Source of the DNA: Candidatus Hydrogenedentota bacterium
Lineage (GTDB): Bacteria; Hydrogenedentota; Hydrogenedentia; Hydrogenedentales; SLHB01
Assembly: GCA_963674865.2 (NCBI GenBank)
Contig: CAXXYE010000002.1
Location: 32,001 to 96,000, forward strand
Reading direction: 5' to 3'
DNA: 64,000 nucleotides
Shown here piece by piece: positions 48,365 to 58,200 of this stretch; positions within the stretch are counted from its first letter, which is position 1; each line of letters begins with the position of its first letter. The notes beneath the pieces were generated by a model, which saw only the letters and a list, made by a program, of their open reading frames with translations, was not told the origin of the DNA and made no database searches. Made by a program: the position numbers and the translations under genes.

Positions 48365-50464
48365 CTATTCGTTTTCTTCGGCGGCTAATGCCGTTTCCAC
48401 TTCCTCTTGATCGAGTTCATCCAGGTTCTTGTGGCCGACAACGGAGCCATCATCTCGGGCGTCGCGCTTGACGGTACGGAGCATGCGAAACAGCTGGCCC
48501 AGATTGTGGAATCCACCGATACCGAGCCAGATGGTGATGGCCGCCGCAAGTATCACGATGAGCCAGCAGTATCCGTGCCAAAATGTATCCCATGCGGCAT
48601 TCGAGATGCCATGCCGCAGCGCGTAGAAAGTGCCTACGAGGAAGACGCCGAAGAATATGAGTATATAAGCGTATGATCCCAGGAAGACAACCTTGTCTCC
48701 TCGGCTGAAGTCTTTGCCTGTTCCCAACACTTTCCAGCCCGTCGCCGGGAGGGCCTGTTCGATGGGCTCATCGTTGCGGGCGTATCGTCCGCGATGGAGC
48801 ATCTGCTCGATGTTGAATCCACCTTTGGGTGAGGTGAGGAGCGAAGCGATGACGTAACTCACTGACGTGGAGAGCATGGTGAATCCCCACAAGAGTTGGG
48901 CGTTTATGGGGCACTTGGTTCCTTCGGGGCCGCCCGCGAGGGCGGGCCATCGTTCGAGGGCGCTGGCCCAGAGTGACGGTGCGGTGGCGGCGGCGAACTG
49001 CTGGCAGTTCGGCCAGAAATAGGTCATGTACCAGCCTCCGACGGCGAGGAAGGCTCCCACAATGGCGGCGGTCCATGCGCCGGCAGTAGTGCCGTGCCGC
49101 CAGTAGAGGCCTCCGACGATGGCGGCGCCGGCCCATCCGAGCCAGATGGTGCCCGTCAAGGCGAAGAACATGAGGATGTCCTGCTGCTGCTGAAAGAGGA
49201 GGCTGAACAGAAAGATGAACACTGCTACGCCGGTGACGGCGGCGCGCAGCCAGCGGATATGCGCCTTCGGGGATAGGGGCTCGCGGTCGCCGCGGAGGGT
49301 GTTGCGTATGGGCAGGACGATGTCTTGGACGAAGATGCTTCCCCATGAGTGGAGGTAGGTGTCGTGGGTTGAGACGAAGGCGGCGAACATGACGGCGGCG
49401 AAGATGCCGGTCAATCCGACAGGCAAGATGTGGGTCAGTGCCACCGTGACGCGGAGTTGGGATTGGAGCTGGGGGTTGCCCACGGAATCGAGCACGCCAT
49501 TGACGACACGGGCTCCCTGGGCGAAGTCCACATGATGCAGGAAGGTGAAGGCGCATACGGAGAGGAGGACGATGGGTAGGGTGGTCACTAAGGTGCGGTA
49601 TACGCCGAGGACGCGGCCCATCTTGGCCTCGTGAGGCGTGCGCGCGGCGCTGTAGTAGCCTTGGGAGCCCTGCCATGCCATGAAGGTGAAGAAGCTTCCG
49701 AAGGCCCCTATCAGAAAATAACTTACGCCGAAATTGTCGGTGCCCGAGGTGCGTATGGGGTCGATGAGGGAGGCGTCGGCCTGTGCCGTGGCGAGGGCCT
49801 GGGAAATAGTCGTCCAGTCGAAGCGCCACAGTAGGAACAACATGATGACGACGAGGGCTACGTTGCAGAAGAAGCCCTGGAAGAAGTCGGTTACCATGAC
49901 GGCGATCTGGCCGCCCATGAAGGTGAAGGCCAGGGAGATTGTGAGGAGGATGAACATAATGCCGGCGTAAACAACGTCGATCTCGAGCGCCCCAAGGGAC
50001 ACGAGATGTGTTGGGAGGCCGCAGAAGTATTGGAAGAATCGCCCGCCGACGGCGGGGAAGATGCCGAAGTTGATCGTGCCCGAGACAAAGGCGAGCATGC
50101 CCGCGAACACGCGGAACCGGCGGCTGTAGCGCACTTCGAAGAATTGGGCCATGGTCATGGCGCGGGTTTCGCGGAAGCGGTACTGGATCCAGCCGGAGAG
50201 GGCGACAATCGTGGTGACGGGCAGCAGCATGCTGGCCCACCAGACGGCCGTGAATCCGGCCTTGTAGTACATCTCGAAGAAGGCCACGATGGAGACGGCG
50301 CCGAGGCCTGAGATACCCTCCGAGACGGCCAGGAGATACCGGCCGGCGCACCGGCTTGCGGAGAGGTAGTCGGCGACGGACTGGGTGTACTTCTTCGTGC
50401 CGTAGGCCGTGCCGCAGATGAATAGAGCCAGCCCGCCGAGGATCGCCCAGTCCAGTAGATGCAT
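48365..50464 (-). CDS. Sodium:solute symporter family transporter
   Basis: MHLLDWAI, DYLSASR, TMAQFFEVRYSR, GG..AVMVTD, GL.G...A.MFAA.VST; many TMs; GGAGG upstream of ATG 50464. Confidence 0.9.
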   Translation of the reverse strand: MHLLDWAILGGLALFICGTAYGTKKYTQSVADYLSASRCAGRYLLAVSEGISGLGAVSIVAFFEMYYKAGFTAVWWASMLLPVTTIVALSGWIQYRFRETRAMTMAQFFEVRYSRRFRVFAGMLAFVSGTINFGIFPAVGGRFFQYFCGLPTHLVSLGALEIDVVYAGIMFILLTISLAFTFMGGQIAVMVTDFFQGFFCNVALVVIMLFLLWRFDWTTISQALATAQADASLIDPIRTSGTDNFGVSYFLIGAFGSFFTFMAWQGSQGYYSAARTPHEAKMGRVLGVYRTLVTTLPIVLLSVCAFTFLHHVDFAQGARVVNGVLDSVGNPQLQSQLRVTVALTHILPVGLTGIFAAVMFAAFVSTHDTYLHSWGSIFVQDIVLPIRNTLRGDREPLSPKAHIRWLRAAVTGVAVFIFLFSLLFQQQQDILMFFALTGTIWLGWAGAAIVGGLYWRHGTTAGAWTAAIVGAFLAVGGWYMTYFWPNCQQFAAATAPSLWASALERWPALAGGPEGTKCPINAQLLWGFTMLSTSVSYVIASLLTSPKGGFNIEQMLHRGRYARNDEPIEQALPATGWKVLGTGKDFSRGDKVVFLGSYAYILIFFGVFLVGTFYALRHGISNAAWDTFWHGYCWLIVILAAAITIWLGIGGFHNLGQLFRMLRTVKRDARDDGSVVGHKNLDELDQEEVETALAAEENE

Positions 50465-50867
50465 GTTCACGCCGCTACCAATCCTCCGAAATACCACGGC
50501 TCCGGACGAGGGGCCAAGACACGGGCCGGCATGACTTGATGGCCGCCCGTCTTGGCGTATGTTCGGAGCGTGCTCGTGCCCTCCGTTTCTTCTATGCTCG
50601 GCGCAAGGGGGCCTCTCTGCAGGCAGAAGATGTGCCGTGCGCCCAAGGGGAACGTTCCTTACACAAGATGGCCGCGTCCTTCTCAGTGGCGGCCCTTGAA
50701 GTGTAAGCATCGGGCGGGGCACGTTCAAGGACGTTGTCGCTCGAGGCGTGAAGCAGGAAGTCTTGCCGTTCACGCACTTGATTCACCCCGGTAGGGCGGA
50801 TAACCTTGCTCGAGCAGGCCGTCAGAGGTCGGGCCTGCACGTTCGGGCTATGGCATGGGGAGAACCG

Positions 50868-53800
50868 ATGTACCAGTCGACGGCACCTTGGGATTACTTA
50901 GTTATCACCGCATCGAATGACGCGCAGGCGGCGGCCTATGAGGGCCAAATCCGTCTGCGGCGGGAACTGGGCTTTCTGAGCGGGGCGCGCGAAGTGCTCG
51001 TGGTGGCGGATCCCGGGGGCAGACGGGTCGGTAGCGGCGGAAGCACGATCTATTGCCTGATGACGATCCTGAACCGGGAACTTTCCGGTGCGGCGGGAGA
51101 GGCATCGAGGCGGGAAGACTGGGAGAAGCTGCTCCGGCGGCTGCGGATTCTTATCGTCCATGCCGGGGGCGATTCGCGGCGGCTACCGGTGTATGGCCCG
51201 TGTGGGAAGGTCTTCATTCCCGTGCCCGGCGAGAGCGACGCAGGCCTTTGTATGACGTTGTTCGATCGGCAGTTGCCTACGTATCTGGCGCTTCCGCCGG
51301 CAAGGGCCGGTGAGGGGGAAGTGGTGATCACGTCGGGCGATGTGCTGCTCGGATTCGACCCGGCGCAGGTACGATTCCGGCCCGAAGGCCTCACAGGGCT
51401 CGGGTGCTACGCGGATCCAGAGGAAGCCAGCCGGCACGGGGTGTTTTGCAGCGGCGGCGAAGGCGAAGTGCGCTTGTTTCTGCAGAAACCGAGCGCTTCC
51501 GACCAGGAAGAGACGGGGGCGATGGATCGCTACGGCCGCTCGATCCTGGATATCGGCGTGATGCGCTTCGATGCGGCGACGGCCGGGGCGTTCTTGGCCT
51601 TGTGCGGCGCGGCGCCGGACGAGGCGGGGCGCTTGGTGTGGACGGGTGGCATCGGCGGCCGTATGGCGGAGCATGGGCTGGACTTCTACCGCGAGATCTG
51701 TTGCGCTTTGGGCACAGAAGCAACCGCAGCCCACCACGCCGCCGACGCGCGGAAGAGCGGCGCCACGTGGGGCGATGATGAATTGGCACGCATTCATGAG
51801 GGCTTGGCGGGGATTCCTTTTCATGTGGACGTGCTCGGACACTGCTCGTTCCTGCACTTCGGCACATTGCAGCAGATTGTGGCGAGTGGCCTGGACCTGC
51901 TTCGGGGCGACCGCGGCGGCGGGGCGCCGCCGGAGTGTTTGAGCGTCAACAACGAGATCGCCGGGGAAGGCCGGCTTGACGGCAAACGCGTTTGGGTGGA
52001 GGGATGCCGGATAGGCTCGGAACTCCAGCTGGGCGGGGGGAATGTGGTGGTTGGCCTCGATGTTGAGGGGCCGCTTACGGTTCCCGCCGAAGCATGTGTG
52101 GATGTGCTCAGCGGGAAGGGACGTGGGGAAGAAGCGGTCTGGTTCTTTCGCTGTTATCACGCGAGGGACGACCTGAAGGGAAGCGGCCCGCAGGGAGGTA
52201 CGATCTGGCGCGTTCCGGTTGCCGATCTGCCGAGTTTTGCCGAGGCCGAGGATAATGAGATTTGGCCCTTGGATATTCCACGCGAGGAGCGAGGCATATG
52301 GAATGCCAGGCTCTTCCCCGCGATGTGCGAGCCCGGCGCGTATGGCGAGTGGTGGTGGCTCTTGACGCCCGGCGAGGCCAAGGCGGAGGACTGGGCCGCG
52401 TGGCGTGCGGCGGAGCGGTACAGTCTCGCGGAGATCGCTGAACTGACGGATCAGGAGGCCTTTCACGCGCGCCGTGCGGCGATTCGCGGCGCGGCCGTCC
52501 TTGAGTCGCTCCCGATCATGTTGCGGCCGGAGAGCGAGTTGTCGTCGCACGAAGTGGCGTACCTGATGGCGCGAGACGTAGACAACGCAGCATGGCTGGC
52601 GCGGCTGATGCGGGAGGCCTGCCGGTACCACGTGGGTGAGGCCAGGGCGCCTGGGGTGGAGGGGCTAGGCTTTTCCCGTGTCATCCACATGGCGGGGGCG
52701 GTTGCGGAGCGGCTGGAGCGGGAGCGACCCGGTTGGCTGGGGCGTGCGGCTCAGGCGGCGGCGGATGCGCTTTCCGTGGCCGAACGGGAGTGGCTAGATA
52801 GTGTCGGCTTGGCGTTTGATAAGGCAAAGGATGCGGAATCGTGGGCGGCCCACGCGAAGGAGCTTGCCTTCCAGCATCTTGGGGCGACAATTGCTTCCAG
52901 CGCTGCGGCGCTGCTTGAACCGCCGAGGAACGCACTGAGGCAGGATGAGATTGTGTGGGGCCGGGCGCCGGCGCGCTTGGACCTCGGCGGCGGCTGGAGC
53001 GACACGCCGCCTTACTGTCTGGAGCGGGGCGGGTGTGTGATCAACGCGGCAGTGGATCTGAACGGGCAGCCGCCGATTCAGGCGTATGCGCGCGTGATCG
53101 AGGAGCCCGTCATCCGCTTGGGGTCGATAGATTTCGGCAAGCGGCTGGAGATCACGGAACTGGCGCAGTTGCTGGATTACCGGCACGCCGGGAGCGAGTT
53201 TTCGTTGCCGAAAGCGGCGCTGGCCATCTCGGGTTTTTCCCACGAGGCCGCGCCATGGCCTGCCGGGGCGGGCTTGCGGGACATGCTGGAGGCGTTTGGC
53301 GGCGGGATCGAGTTGACGACGCTTGCGGCTATTCCCGGCGGGAGCGGGCTGGGTACGTCGAGCATTATGGGGGCGGTTGTGCTGGCGGTGGTCCAGCGGA
53401 TCATGGGCGAGACGCTCAGCCAGCGGGGACTGTTTCACGGTGTTCTGCGGCTTGAACAGGCGTTGACGACGGGTGGGGGTTGGCAAGATCAGATCGGCGG
53501 AGCCGTGGGCGGGGTGAAGATCATCACCACCGAACCGGGGCTGGTGCCGGATCCTCGGATTCATTTCGTGCCCGGGGACGTGTTGGATCCTGCCGCTAAC
53601 GGGGGATGCACGCGCCTTTATTACACGGGGATCACGCGGTTGGCGAAGAACATCCTGCAAAACGTCGTCGGGCGCTATCTGGATCGCGATCGGGCGGCGC
53701 TGGAGATCATGGGACGGATTCATGGCTTCCCGGCGAGAGTTTCGGATGCGATGGCGCGCAAGGATCGTCAGGCGTTCGGGCAGGCCCTCGCCGAGGCGTG

Positions 53801-54053
53801 GGAATTGAAGAAGGCTATCGATCCTGGTTCGACGAATGGCCAGATCGAGGCCCTGCTCGAGCGGATTCATCCGTATAGCGATGGGGTGAAGCTGATGGGC
53901 GCGGGAGGAGGGGGATTCCTGCTGATCGTCTGCAAGTCGGCGGGAGATGCGGCGGCGCTTGAGGCCGACTTGGAGGCGAATCCGCCCAATGCGCGGGCGC
54001 GTTTCTTCGACTTCAACGTGAGTCCGCAAGGGCTGGTTGTGACGGTCTGCTGA
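50868..54053 (+). CDS. fkp: Bifunctional L-fucokinase / GDP-L-fucose pyrophosphorylase (Fkp-like)
   Basis: N-terminal DP.G.RVGSGG.T, HAGGDSRRLP, GKVF, FLQKPS, FLHFGT; C-terminal GHMP kinase PARLDLGGGWSDTPP, PGGSGLGTSS, TGGGWQDQ, GAGGGG. Confidence 0.88.
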   Translation: MYQSTAPWDYLVITASNDAQAAAYEGQIRLRRELGFLSGAREVLVVADPGGRRVGSGGSTIYCLMTILNRELSGAAGEASRREDWEKLLRRLRILIVHAGGDSRRLPVYGPCGKVFIPVPGESDAGLCMTLFDRQLPTYLALPPARAGEGEVVITSGDVLLGFDPAQVRFRPEGLTGLGCYADPEEASRHGVFCSGGEGEVRLFLQKPSASDQEETGAMDRYGRSILDIGVMRFDAATAGAFLALCGAAPDEAGRLVWTGGIGGRMAEHGLDFYREICCALGTEATAAHHAADARKSGATWGDDELARIHEGLAGIPFHVDVLGHCSFLHFGTLQQIVASGLDLLRGDRGGGAPPECLSVNNEIAGEGRLDGKRVWVEGCRIGSELQLGGGNVVVGLDVEGPLTVPAEACVDVLSGKGRGEEAVWFFRCYHARDDLKGSGPQGGTIWRVPVADLPSFAEAEDNEIWPLDIPREERGIWNARLFPAMCEPGAYGEWWWLLTPGEAKAEDWAAWRAAERYSLAEIAELTDQEAFHARRAAIRGAAVLESLPIMLRPESELSSHEVAYLMARDVDNAAWLARLMREACRYHVGEARAPGVEGLGFSRVIHMAGAVAERLERERPGWLGRAAQAAADALSVAEREWLDSVGLAFDKAKDAESWAAHAKELAFQHLGATIASSAAALLEPPRNALRQDEIVWGRAPARLDLGGGWSDTPPYCLERGGCVINAAVDLNGQPPIQAYARVIEEPVIRLGSIDFGKRLEITELAQLLDYRHAGSEFSLPKAALAISGFSHEAAPWPAGAGLRDMLEAFGGGIELTTLAAIPGGSGLGTSSIMGAVVLAVVQRIMGETLSQRGLFHGVLRLEQALTTGGGWQDQIGGAVGGVKIITTEPGLVPDPRIHFVPGDVLDPAANGGCTRLYYTGITRLAKNILQNVVGRYLDRDRAALEIMGRIHGFPARVSDAMARKDRQAFGQALAEAWELKKAIDPGSTNGQIEALLERIHPYSDGVKLMGAGGGGFLLIVCKSAGDAAALEADLEANPPNARARFFDFNVSPQGLVVTVC

Positions 54054-54059
54054 GGTCGG

Positions 54060-54110
54060 CTGAACGCGGAGTCGCAGAGCACGCTGAGGGCCGCAGAGGA
54101 GAGGCCACGT
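54060..54110. repeat. Short aacgcggag..gcagag-type degenerate repeat between convergent genes
   Basis: tgaacgcggagtcgcagagcacgctgagggccgcagagg resembles the reverse complement of the motif at ~563-603. Confidence 0.45.
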
Positions 54111-54174
54111 GTAGCGCAAACCGGGGGTTTGGTGAGCGTTGACTTGACTCGGAAGGCCGACAAGACGCGTTGTG

Positions 54175-55074
54175 TCACAGGGGGCGGTGTTTGCGCCAGA
54201 GGAGGCGGAGGCGGGGGAAGAGGGCGGGGAGGTAGCCGTTGAGGAGGCGGACGCGGAGCCATTCTATGGGCCAGAGGAGGCCGGCGTGGCGTTTGGCGAA
54301 CACCATCCATTCGCGGGCGGGATGGCAGGGGCTGGTGGGGGTGGATAGGAGTTGGAAGCGTTTCCGGAGGGGCAGTTGGGGGTCGCGGTAGGAACTGCGC
54401 AGGGGGTGGAAGGCGCAGGCGCCCAGGTATCCCGGGGCGATCCAGCAGGTGTATCCGGCCGCTTGGGCGCGGAAGCCGTAGTCGGCGTCTCCCATGGAGT
54501 GGGTGAAGGCGTTGCTGAGGTTGCCCACGTCGCGGGCGATGTCGCGGGGGACGAGGACGAGGTTGCCGGCGAGCACGTCGCAGGGCTGGGATTCGTCGGT
54601 AGGCGGCACGCGGCGGAAGCGGAGCGGCGCCCACCCGTAGGGGCGTATCCGGCCGCCGTAGGTGTGCCGGCCTGTCTCGGGATCGCGGAGCGAGCCGACG
54701 ATGATGCCGGCGCGTCCGGTGTGCTGGCGTGCGGTTTGCGCCGCGTCAAGCAGCGTGCGGATGGCTTCGGGAAATAGCTTCACGTCGTCATTGAGCCACA
54801 CGTAGTGGTCGTGATCGGCCTTGATGGCCTCGTCGAAGGCGAGGCGCATGCCGCCGCACCAGTAGAGGCCGCCGTCGCCGCGCAGGATGTTGACTTCGGG
54901 AAACCGAGCCGCGACTTCTTGGGGCGTGCCGTCGGTGCAGCCGTCGTCCACAACGTATACCTGCACGCGGACGTGCTCGGGGAGGTCCTGAGCCATGAGC
55001 GCGTCGAGGCAGGCGAGGGTGGTGTCGCGCCGGTTGTGGCACGTTATCAGGACGGCTATGGATACGGTGTCCAA
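54175..55074 (-). CDS. Glycosyltransferase family 2
   Basis: VLITCHNRR, VVDDGCTDGT, LYWCGGM, WLNDD, GN.VL, D.DYG.R. Confidence 0.92.
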   Translation of the reverse strand: MDTVSIAVLITCHNRRDTTLACLDALMAQDLPEHVRVQVYVVDDGCTDGTPQEVAARFPEVNILRGDGGLYWCGGMRLAFDEAIKADHDHYVWLNDDVKLFPEAIRTLLDAAQTARQHTGRAGIIVGSLRDPETGRHTYGGRIRPYGWAPLRFRRVPPTDESQPCDVLAGNLVLVPRDIARDVGNLSNAFTHSMGDADYGFRAQAAGYTCWIAPGYLGACAFHPLRSSYRDPQLPLRKRFQLLSTPTSPCHPAREWMVFAKRHAGLLWPIEWLRVRLLNGYLPALFPRLRLLWRKHRPL

Positions 55075-55081
55075 AGACGAA

Positions 55082-56002
55082 TCACCTCTCGTGCGTTGCG
55101 CCCGGCGGGCAATGGCGGCGTTTGCGGTGGCAGTGGAGCCACAGTCGTGGGCAGCAGGTTCGCATAGCGAGTCCAGCGAGCGCGATGGCCCAGAGTATTG
55201 GCCAGCGGAAGCCGCAGTGGCGCCTGATGAAGCGCATCTTCTCGCCGATGGGCATGAGGGCCGTCCGGCTCGACATCATATCGAGCCGCTCGGCGATGGG
55301 GAGGTCGGCATCCCGAATGGAGCCGGTGACAGTATGTGATGCGCAGGCGCCTGCGTAGCCAGGCATGATCCAGCAGGTGTAGCCGCATTCGCGTGCGCGC
55401 AGGCCGTAGTCGTAGTCGGCGATTCCGTGGGTGTAATCGGGGCTGAGATTGCCGACGGCGGCGATGATTTCGCGGGGGATCAGGAGGAAGTTGCCGTTCG
55501 TCGTGTCGCAGGGCAGGGGCTGATCGCCGGGCGTGACGATGGCTGGGCCGAGGGGCGCCCAGGGGTTTTTCCAGACTCGGCCGCCGTAGTTGAGTTCGCC
55601 TGTCTCGGGGTCGCGCGTTGAGCCGGCGAGGATGACGGGATGACCCTCGCGCTCTTGCAGCATGCCGGCGCAGTCAAGGGCCGTTCGCAGGGCTTCGGGG
55701 AAAAGGAAGGTGTCGTCGTTGAGCCACAGGTGGTAGTCGTGGTCTTGCTCGACGGCGGCGTCGAAAGCGCGCCGCATGCCGCCGCACCAGTAGAGCGAGC
55801 CGTCGCCTCTGAGTAATGCCGCGTCGGGATAGCGGGCGGCGATGGCCTCGCCGGTGCCGTCGGTGGAGCCGTCGTCGACGATGTACAGGTGAAGGGAGAC
55901 GTCATCAACGGAATTCTGAGCCATGAGTGCGTCGAGGCAGGCGAGGGTGGTGTCGCGCCGGTTGTGGCACGTCATCAGGACGGCAATGGAGGTCTCAGCC
56001 AC
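55082..56002 (-). CDS. Glycosyltransferase family 2 (tandem paralog of 54175-55074)
   Basis: VLMTCHNRR, IVDDGSTDGT, LYWCGGM, WLNDD, NGNFLL, DYDYGLR. Confidence 0.92.
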   Translation of the reverse strand: MAETSIAVLMTCHNRRDTTLACLDALMAQNSVDDVSLHLYIVDDGSTDGTGEAIAARYPDAALLRGDGSLYWCGGMRRAFDAAVEQDHDYHLWLNDDTFLFPEALRTALDCAGMLQEREGHPVILAGSTRDPETGELNYGGRVWKNPWAPLGPAIVTPGDQPLPCDTTNGNFLLIPREIIAAVGNLSPDYTHGIADYDYGLRARECGYTCWIMPGYAGACASHTVTGSIRDADLPIAERLDMMSSRTALMPIGEKMRFIRRHCGFRWPILWAIALAGLAMRTCCPRLWLHCHRKRRHCPPGATHER

Positions 56003-56074
56003 GGAATATCAACCTTTCAACGCGCCGGGCGAGGAAAGCCGGGACAGGCACGTCTCCGCTTCGCTTGCATCAGT

Positions 56075-56225
56075 GGAGCCGTTGAAGAAGTCCGGGGTTG
56101 CTGCACGCAGGCCGCGAAAGGACTTGGGACAGTCCCGTCTGCGTCCGCCCGCGGCGGACTCCGCTAGGGACAGTCCCGGTCTTTCGCTCAACCTCTGGGG
56201 CGAATGCGACTTTTTCAACAGCTCC
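56075..56225. mobile_element. 151-bp MITE with 18-bp terminal inverted repeats and TCAGT target duplication
   Basis: Left end ggagccgttgaagaagtc, right end gactttttcaacagctcc (16/18 complementary by hand); TCAGT at 56070-56074 and 56226-56230. Confidence 0.8.
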
Positions 56226-56309
56226 TCAGTCCCCGTCTTCCGCTTCGTCTCAGCCTTTTCTTGGTCTGGCATGGACAAGTTCAATTGTCACTCATTGCCA
56301 CCAGAACGT

Positions 56310-57272
56310 TTACCACTGTACCAGCGTCCATTTGCCTTGCCTCGCGTCGAACTCGCAAGCCGTGCGGGGGCGGATGAGGCCAAGCCTGCTGAGCATTCGC
56401 CGTGTCTTTCCCGAGGAGGCCACGAGGAAGCGTGCGAACGCCTCGGCTTTGCCGGTTATGCGGCCCCCGTGCTGTTTGAGGGCCGCTTGAGCTTCTTCAA
56501 TGTAGGCCTTCATCTGGACGGCGGTTTTCTGATCGCCGTGCAGGCGAAATCCCGCGAGGGGCGCGCGGACGCCGATCAAATCGGTGTGCTGGTAGAAACG
56601 CGCCCACAGGTCGAAGTCGCCTGCGAGGCTCAGGGAGGCATTGAGGTATCCGCCAGCGCGTTCCCACAGGGAGCGGCGCCAGAAGGTCGATTCCTGTTGA
56701 ATCCATCCCGAGTTGCGGCGCCCGGGCGAGTTCAGGTGCTCGCCACGGAAGAACCCGCCGCGGGTGAATCCGTGGGATTGGCGGCAGTGGACGGCGCGGC
56801 CCTCTTTGTCCCATTGCATGGGGAAGAGCGTGGTAATCCACTCCACCTGCGGCAGTGTGGCGAAGATCTCGGCCACGACGGCAAACGCCCAGGGGGTGTA
56901 CATGTCGTCGGAGTTGAGCCAGGCCATGATCTCGCCGGAAGTCTGGGCGAAGCCTTTGTTCAGGGCGTCGTATTGCCCGTTGTCCGGCTCACTCGTCCAA
57001 TGGGTCAGTCGCGATTCATACTTGCGGATGATGTCTACGGTTCCGTCTTTCGAGCCGCCGTCGATAATGATGTACTCGAGGTCTGCGTAGTTCTGGTCGA
57101 CGACGGAGCGGATGGCCTGTTCGATGTAGGCGGCCTGTTGGTAGGATGGCGTGACAATGCTGATGCGGGGGCGGTGGCACTCATTTGTGGTTTCAGATGA
57201 ACCGGGCCGTGGGATATCACCTGGACGGGCTGCTGCCGGCATTCCCATTGCGTCGCCCCCGTCGGTTTTCAT
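56310..57272 (-). CDS. Glycosyltransferase family 2
   Basis: ISIVTPSYQQ, IIDGGSKDGT, SEPDNGQYDALNKGF, WLNSDD, QQESTFWRR, DFDLW. Confidence 0.93.
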   Translation of the reverse strand: MKTDGGDAMGMPAAARPGDIPRPGSSETTNECHRPRISIVTPSYQQAAYIEQAIRSVVDQNYADLEYIIIDGGSKDGTVDIIRKYESRLTHWTSEPDNGQYDALNKGFAQTSGEIMAWLNSDDMYTPWAFAVVAEIFATLPQVEWITTLFPMQWDKEGRAVHCRQSHGFTRGGFFRGEHLNSPGRRNSGWIQQESTFWRRSLWERAGGYLNASLSLAGDFDLWARFYQHTDLIGVRAPLAGFRLHGDQKTAVQMKAYIEEAQAALKQHGGRITGKAEAFARFLVASSGKTRRMLSRLGLIRPRTACEFDARQGKWTLVQW

Positions 57273-58126
57273 GGCTTGTCCTCGGTATGCGGGCCAACGG
57301 GAGCCGAGTCTTTCGGGTTCTCTCCCCTGTTCTTTGCGAAAAGGGCGTCCATTGTGTGTCTCTGCTCAGGGGTCGCGTAGGAATGGTACTTGCGAAAGGG
57401 GCCGTTCTCGCGAACGAAGGCCAAGTCGATCTGCGCGAGGGCGCCATCCAGAGGGCGGCAACTGGCGCCGAAGACATCATAGACGACAAAGCCTCGTTCC
57501 TTCATAAACGCCACACAGTCGTAGAGCTGCGGCCCGCCTTTGAAGAACTGAAACAGCGACGTCTCCATCGCTACAAAGTCGGTGTCCGCCAACGTCTCCT
57601 CGGCGCCGCGAAGGGCTTCGAGTTCGGCTCCCTGGGTATCGAGCTTGATAAGAAAAGGGCCTTGCGCGTTACGTTCGGCGCAGATGGTATCGATAGTCAG
57701 GCCGGGGACGGTCCTGGTCACATCATTGAGGTCTGAGCCTTCATCCTCACGGTAAAGGGTGGAGCCAACAAGATCCTTGTGCACGTGAATGGCCACGTCT
57801 TTCGGCGTGCTCGTGGCGGCAGCCAGCACATACTCGGCATCTTGGAGGCGGCGCACGATGCTCTCGAGTGCTTCGGTGTTCTCGGCCAACGGCTCGACAA
57901 GTATGTGTTTGGCCTCAGGGAAGGTCTCGTACAATGCTTCTGTCCCTGTCGCAACGCCAATATCCAGCACCGTGCGAGGCCGAAGGCCGTTGCGCGCCGC
58001 GGCGCGCAGACAGTCTTCGAGTGACTCGCTCGGAGCGCGCCCGCAGGTGTTCTTCCTGAGCTTGATATCGACCCCGAGGTGGGCGAGCGTTTTTCGGATA
58101 CGGGATTTCAGGCTACGTGCGGCCAT
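57269..58126 (-). CDS. FkbM-family methyltransferase
   Basis: VLDIGVATG, LVEP, TIDT, LIKLDTQGAELEALRG. Confidence 0.9.
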   Translation of the reverse strand: MAARSLKSRIRKTLAHLGVDIKLRKNTCGRAPSESLEDCLRAAARNGLRPRTVLDIGVATGTEALYETFPEAKHILVEPLAENTEALESIVRRLQDAEYVLAAATSTPKDVAIHVHKDLVGSTLYREDEGSDLNDVTRTVPGLTIDTICAERNAQGPFLIKLDTQGAELEALRGAEETLADTDFVAMETSLFQFFKGGPQLYDCVAFMKERGFVVYDVFGASCRPLDGALAQIDLAFVRENGPFRKYHSYATPEQRHTMDALFAKNRGENPKDSAPVGPHTEDKP

Positions 58127-58200
58127 TCGCTGAACAGCTCTCCCGTGCGGCCAACGCGGTTGCGTTGGCGCGGTGATTAGGATGCGCCAAGGACACGTGA

